Shown here piece by piece: positions 60,686 through 64,000 of a DNA stretch of 64,000 nucleotides. Made by a program: the position numbers and the translations under genes. Numbering within the stretch: position 1 is the stretch's first letter; each line of letters opens with the position of its first letter. The notes under the pieces are model-generated. The model was not told the DNA's origin, searched no databases, and was given only the letters and a program-made list of their open reading frames with translations. Location: assembly GCA_947625355.1 (NCBI GenBank), contig CANQOA010000004.1, positions 15,262 to 79,261 of the forward strand, written 5' to 3'. The stretch comes from an uncultured Oscillospiraceae bacterium. GTDB lineage: Bacteria; Bacillota; Clostridia; Oscillospirales; Oscillospiraceae.

Positions 60686-60928
60686 ATGTATATTCCTACG
60701 CTCGACCCTGTGGCGGTCGGAAGAGTCATTGCTTATTTTCGCCAGCGCAGCGGCGTATCGCAGGAGGTCCTGAGCGGGCTGGCCGACATCGGGCGCAGCC
60801 ATCTGAGCGCCATCGAGCGCGGCGAGCGAAAGCCGACGCTGGAGACGTTCTACAGGATATGCACGGCGCTGGACGTGAAGATGAGCGTGGTCATCGCAAA
60901 GCTGGAAGAGGAACTGGAAAAACAGTGA
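60686..60928 (+). CDS. XRE-family HTH regulator (80 aa)
   Basis: VSQEVLSGLADIGRSHLSAIERGERKPTLETFYRICTAL. GAGGTGG SD. Confidence 0.8.
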   Translation: MYIPTLDPVAVGRVIAYFRQRSGVSQEVLSGLADIGRSHLSAIERGERKPTLETFYRICTALDVKMSVVIAKLEEELEKQ

Positions 60929-60953
60929 GGACGCGGAAAAACTCCGCGTCCTC
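60927..60953. terminator. Bidirectional terminator between the XRE and MFS genes
   Basis: GAGGACGCGGA-AAAAC-TCCGCGTCCTC. Confidence 0.65.
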
Positions 60954-60997
60954 TCGTTTACGTTATCCTGCCGCCGGTCGATCCGGCATGGGGCCGA

Positions 60998-62149
60998 TCA
61001 TTGAAAAAACCGGCGGCAGAAGGCGGCGACGGCGGCCGCGCAAAGAAGGCATATCCCGGCGCTCAGCAAAAACGCCGTATCCAGGGACACGTCCGCCGCC
61101 CGGCCCAGGACCAGGGTGCCCCCGGCGGAGACGGCCTCGTCCAGCACCGCGTAGATGCTCAGCTGGGTGGCCCGGTCGGCGCCGGTCACCTGCCGGTTCC
61201 AGACCTGGCTGGCCAGGGGGCCGATGATGGCATAGCTGCCCTCCATGAGCAGGATGCACCCCACGGAGAGCGCCGCCGAGCGGGTCAGCGTCAGGGCAAG
61301 GCACGCCAGGCCCGCCAGCGCCACCGCGCCCATGGCCGAGCGGGCCCGGCCCATCTTGTCGGTGAACCGCTGGGAGAACGTGCCGGACAGGGACACCACC
61401 GACACGGCGATGTACACCCAGCCGATGGCCCGGCCGGACATGCCGCAGCGCAGGTATTGGTTCTGGTTCAGCCAGGTGCATACCGTGCTCAGTACCACCC
61501 CGTACATGGCCCAGCAGACCACCAGCAGCAGAAACCGCCTCTGACGCAGCGTGCCGCCCAGCAGCCGGAAGAAGGCGCGCACTGGCTCCCGGCGCTCCCT
61601 CTCCGGCGGCCGTACCTCCGTGAGCAGCAGCGTCAGCGCCGCCGCCAGGCCGTAGGCGGCGAGAGTGGCCAGGGCGGCCAGGGCGTAGTCCTCCGCCATG
61701 AAGAGGGCGAAGGCTCCGGAGGAGACCAGCAGCCCCGCCGTGGAAAAGGCGCCCCACCGGCCGAATACCCGCTGGCTCTCATCGTCGGGGCAGCTCAAGT
61801 ACAGGATGCTCTCGTCCACCCCGGACAGGGCGGCGATAGCGGCGCTGAGAAGGACCCGCTCCCAGAAAAAGTCCATAAAGCTGTCCGCCCGCCAGAACAC
61901 CAGCTTGGAAAGGGCGTAGATGCCGCAGCCGGCGATCATGGTCTTTTTGTAGCCGATGCGGTCGGCCACGATGCCCCAGGGCAGCTCCATGGCCAGGGAT
62001 ATGACGAAGGATATGCTCTCGACGAGGGCGATCTGCCCCAGGGTCAGGCCCCGTACCTGCCGGTACAGGGAGGCCACAGGGGCGTAGAACACCATGCCCT
62101 GCAGAAAGGCGATGGCGTAGAGAAGATGGATATTTCGTTTTATTTTCAT
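60998..62149 (-). CDS. MFS transporter (12-TM, possible drug/metabolite efflux type)
   Basis: Trimmed to MKIKRNIHLLYAIAFLQGMVF... It has the MFS loop 2-3 motif (GIVADRIGYKKTM) and a hydrophobic profile throughout. Confidence 0.85.
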   Translation of the reverse strand: MKIKRNIHLLYAIAFLQGMVFYAPVASLYRQVRGLTLGQIALVESISFVISLAMELPWGIVADRIGYKKTMIAGCGIYALSKLVFWRADSFMDFFWERVLLSAAIAALSGVDESILYLSCPDDESQRVFGRWGAFSTAGLLVSSGAFALFMAEDYALAALATLAAYGLAAALTLLLTEVRPPERERREPVRAFFRLLGGTLRQRRFLLLVVCWAMYGVVLSTVCTWLNQNQYLRCGMSGRAIGWVYIAVSVVSLSGTFSQRFTDKMGRARSAMGAVALAGLACLALTLTRSAALSVGCILLMEGSYAIIGPLASQVWNRQVTGADRATQLSIYAVLDEAVSAGGTLVLGRAADVSLDTAFLLSAGICLLCAAAVAAFCRRFFQ

Positions 62150-62195
62150 GGTGCTTTGACCTCGTAAAAAACAAAATGAAAGGGGAAATGGGCGC

Positions 62196-62245
62196 AAAAA
62201 TCCCACGACAACAAGACAAGCCGAGGCTTGCCTTTTCGTCGTGGG
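62196..62245 (-). terminator. Hairpin with a U-run inside the MFS leader (attenuator candidate)
   Basis: On the minus strand, CCCACGAC...(inner CAAGCC-TCG-GCTTG)...GTCGTGGG followed by ATTTTT. Confidence 0.5.
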
Positions 62246-62257
62246 TCATTTTGTTTT

Positions 62258-62275
62258 CTACGCCGATAGCACCAT
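62258..62275 (-). CDS. Candidate leader peptide MVLSA (5 codons + stop)
   Basis: On the minus strand, a GAGGT SD 9 nt upstream, then ATG GTG CTA TCG GCG TAG. Confidence 0.4.
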   Translation of the reverse strand: MVLSA

Positions 62276-62297
62276 GATATGATTACCTCGTATCCGC

Positions 62298-62326
62298 ATT
62301 ATACAGCGCCCCGGCGGCGCTGTCAA
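62298..62326 (-). promoter_or_regulatory. Consensus sigma-A promoter TTGACA-17-TATAAT (minus strand) overlapping the dnaI-like stop codon
   Basis: Plus-strand tgtcaa at 62321-62326 and attata at 62298-62303. The spacer is itself a hairpin (CAGCGCC...GGCGCTG). Confidence 0.65.
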
Positions 62327-63312
62327 TCCAGGCCCCGCTCCTTTTTCAGCGCCCGGATGTCGCTGCCGGCGAAGGACAGCACCTGGAACTCCCCCTCCAG
62401 CCGGGACACGATCTGGGGGGTGTAGCGCTTGGCTGTCTGGGCGGCGGTGAGGTTGGTGCTGATGACGGTCTTTTTCTGGCCCAGCAGCCGGCTGTTGATG
62501 AGGGTATAAAGGGCGCTGCGGGAAAATTCCGTCACCATCTCGGTGCCCAGATCGTCCAGGATGAGAAGGTCGCACGCACACATCCGCCGGACCTGGCTGT
62601 CGGCCCAGGCAGCGGCTTCCTCATTCCGGGAGAACCGCTGGCTCTCAAAGGCCTCCAGCGCCGCCACGGCGGTCTCATACACCACGGAGAAGCCCTGGCG
62701 GGCCACCTCCCGGGCGATGCAGGCGGACAGGAACGTCTTGCCCAGTCCCGTGCCGCCCCGGAAGAGATAGTTCTCCCGCCGGCGGCCGAAATCCAGGGCG
62801 TAGTCGTAACAGATGCCGAACACCGTCTCCATCTGCGCCCGGGGGGCCACCCCGGACGCCGGATCGGGCCGGTCGTCATAGAACCCCAGGTCGAAGGTGC
62901 CGAAGCTCTCGCTGCCTAGCTTCAAAAGCGCGGACAGATCCCTGGCCTGGGCCTCGTCGTAGAGCTTTTTCAGACAGGAGCACATCCGCCCCTCCACATA
63001 GCCGGTGTCCCGGCATTTGGGGCAGTCCCACGCCCCGTCCAGCCAGTCGAAGGGCCAGCCGTTCTCCACCAGCAGCTCCGCCCGGCGGGCCTGCAGGTCC
63101 AGGCTCTCCCGCCGCAGCTGATCCAGCGGCCGCCCCCCGCCCAGCGCGGAGGCCGCGGCCTGGGGCACCAGCGCCGCGATCTGCTCGTCCAGCCGGCGCA
63201 GCTCCGGCACGCGGGCGTACGCCTGCTCATGGCGCAGCCGGTCGGTCTGCACCGCCCGGCGGCGGATATCCTCTTTTTCCTCTCTGGCCTGGGCCAGCAG
63301 CCTTCCGTCCAT
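62323..63312 (-). CDS. DnaI/DnaC-like helicase loader AAA+ ATPase
   Basis: N-terminal zinc module (CPKCRDTGYV...CSC), Walker A GGTGLGKTFL and Walker B LLILDDLG. Confidence 0.8.
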   Translation of the reverse strand: MDGRLLAQAREEKEDIRRRAVQTDRLRHEQAYARVPELRRLDEQIAALVPQAAASALGGGRPLDQLRRESLDLQARRAELLVENGWPFDWLDGAWDCPKCRDTGYVEGRMCSCLKKLYDEAQARDLSALLKLGSESFGTFDLGFYDDRPDPASGVAPRAQMETVFGICYDYALDFGRRRENYLFRGGTGLGKTFLSACIAREVARQGFSVVYETAVAALEAFESQRFSRNEEAAAWADSQVRRMCACDLLILDDLGTEMVTEFSRSALYTLINSRLLGQKKTVISTNLTAAQTAKRYTPQIVSRLEGEFQVLSFAGSDIRALKKERGLD

Positions 63313-63324
63313 GGCGATGTCCTC

Positions 63325-64000
63325 TCAGCGGTTCTTCATCCGTTCGCGCAGCTTTTTCATCCGCTCCAGCTCCCCGGCGTCCGGGGCGGAGGAAGCGGCG
63401 GGGGCGGAGTCCCGGGCGGGCCTGCGGTCCCCCTGCTCGATGGCCTGGACGGTGTGCAGGCCCTTGCTGTGCCAGGAGCGGACGATGGAGTCCATATATT
63501 TCCATTTCAGGCCGCCGGTATTGGTGACGGTCCTGTCGGCGGCCACGGCCAGTTCCTCCGGGCCGAAGCCCAGCTCGATCCAGCTGTCGATGTACCGCCG
63601 CTCCGAGGCGGTGAGCTCCCGGCCCCGGATGCCGATGGCCCGCTGGGTCTCGTAGACGAGCCCCTTGCGGCGGGCCAGCTCCGCCAGCCAGCTCTCCGCC
63701 TGCTCATAGGTCATGATCTCCCGGTCGAACCAGCTGTAGGCCTCCTTTTCGATCGCCGCGAAGCCCAGATGGCGCTCCGCGCCGTAGCGTTCCTCATACT
63801 CCTCCTTGCAGTGGTGGATGAGCAGCATGATCACCTCCGCGGGCAGGGAGAGGTCGTCATAGATGCCGAAGAGCTTTTTCAGATCGGACGAGCTGAGCAC
63901 CCGGCCCAGGATGCGCTGGGTCTCCTCCACCAGGGCCTGGAAGGCCGGGTCCGACTGGCTCCGGCGGACCAGATCGGCCGCCCGGTACTCGGGAAGCTCC
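63325..64000 (-). CDS. DnaD/DnaB_2-domain replication protein; the 5' end is outside the window
   Basis: The frame stays open to the window edge. It has a DnaD-like repeat (SSSDLKKLFGIYDDLSLPAEVIMLLIHHC...; SERRYIDSWIELGFGPEELAVAADRTV...). Confidence 0.75.
   Translation of the reverse strand, partial: ELPEYRAADLVRRSQSDPAFQALVEETQRILGRVLSSSDLKKLFGIYDDLSLPAEVIMLLIHHCKEEYEERYGAERHLGFAAIEKEAYSWFDREIMTYEQAESWLAELARRKGLVYETQRAIGIRGRELTASERRYIDSWIELGFGPEELAVAADRTVTNTGGLKWKYMDSIVRSWHSKGLHTVQAIEQGDRRPARDSAPAASSAPDAGELERMKKLRERMKNR

Noticed and set aside
62323-64000. The DnaD-domain gene plus DnaC/DnaI-like loader as a prophage replication module.
   Set aside because: No other phage genes (integrase, repressor switch, terminase, structural genes) are in view. 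This pair is also the normal chromosomal helicase-loading module of Firmicutes. The upstream side lies beyond the window, so a prophage cannot be fully excluded.

Overview
This is a high-GC Clostridia-type chromosomal segment; the gene order and protein signatures look Oscillospiraceae/Ruminococcaceae-like, but I cannot confirm that without a search. Nearly all of it is conserved housekeeping, with strong coding density and many translationally coupled genes.

Gene content from left to right:
- Glycan-utilisation cluster: yesL-like gene, atypical AraC-type response regulator, GH2 beta-mannosidase, M13 lipoprotein peptidase, GH2 beta-galactosidase, GH3 hydrolase.
- DUF853/HerA-like ATPase and an M19 dipeptidase.
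- prs-pth, then glgC-glgD, a structured repeat spacer, and glgP.
- TldD/PmbA pair, convergent with an ECF sigma/anti-sigma pair.
- Two tandem CNNM/CorC transporters plus a coupled unknown membrane protein.
- rpmB, then hprK-murB-rapZ-whiA-dnaE.
- corA, hflX, a yigZ-like gene and a small membrane ORF.
- dGTPase-like gene, dnaG and rpoD.
- A small XRE gene and a divergent 50-aa ORF.
- CIRCE-hrcA-grpE-dnaK-dnaJ.
- GT39/PMT-like glycosyltransferase, PHP phosphatase, rpiB, DUF4015-like protein.
- pfkA and clpB.
- A roughly 4.7-kb accessory-looking islet: RHH protein, Lsa-like ABC-F, TM2/zinc-ribbon protein, XRE, MFS transporter.
- A DnaI/DnaC-like loader and a DnaD-domain protein that runs off the window.

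I found no rRNA, tRNA, CRISPR array, transposase or integrase. I see no convincing multi-gene novel system such as a defence, RiPP or secretion locus.

The most interesting signals are regulatory:
- (a) A consensus promoter embedded in the dnaI-like stop codon, feeding a 5-codon leader ORF and a three-tier nested hairpin that buries the MFS start codon.
- (b) A 6-codon leader ORF plus intrinsic terminator upstream of the Lsa-like ABC-F gene.
- (c) An RHH-domain protein with tandem direct repeats over its promoter, apparently heading an operon with clpB, which has no CIRCE or CtsR box of its own.
- (d) An XRE regulator that seems to need a CTG start, facing a tiny helical ORF across a perfect palindrome, wedged between rpoD and hrcA.
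- (e) A roughly 200-nt repeat-rich structured spacer between glgD and glgP.
- (f) A response regulator whose receiver domain lacks the phospho-acceptor Asp.

All functional calls rest on my own reading of the translated ORFs (motif and family recognition) and of the DNA. No database search was run.
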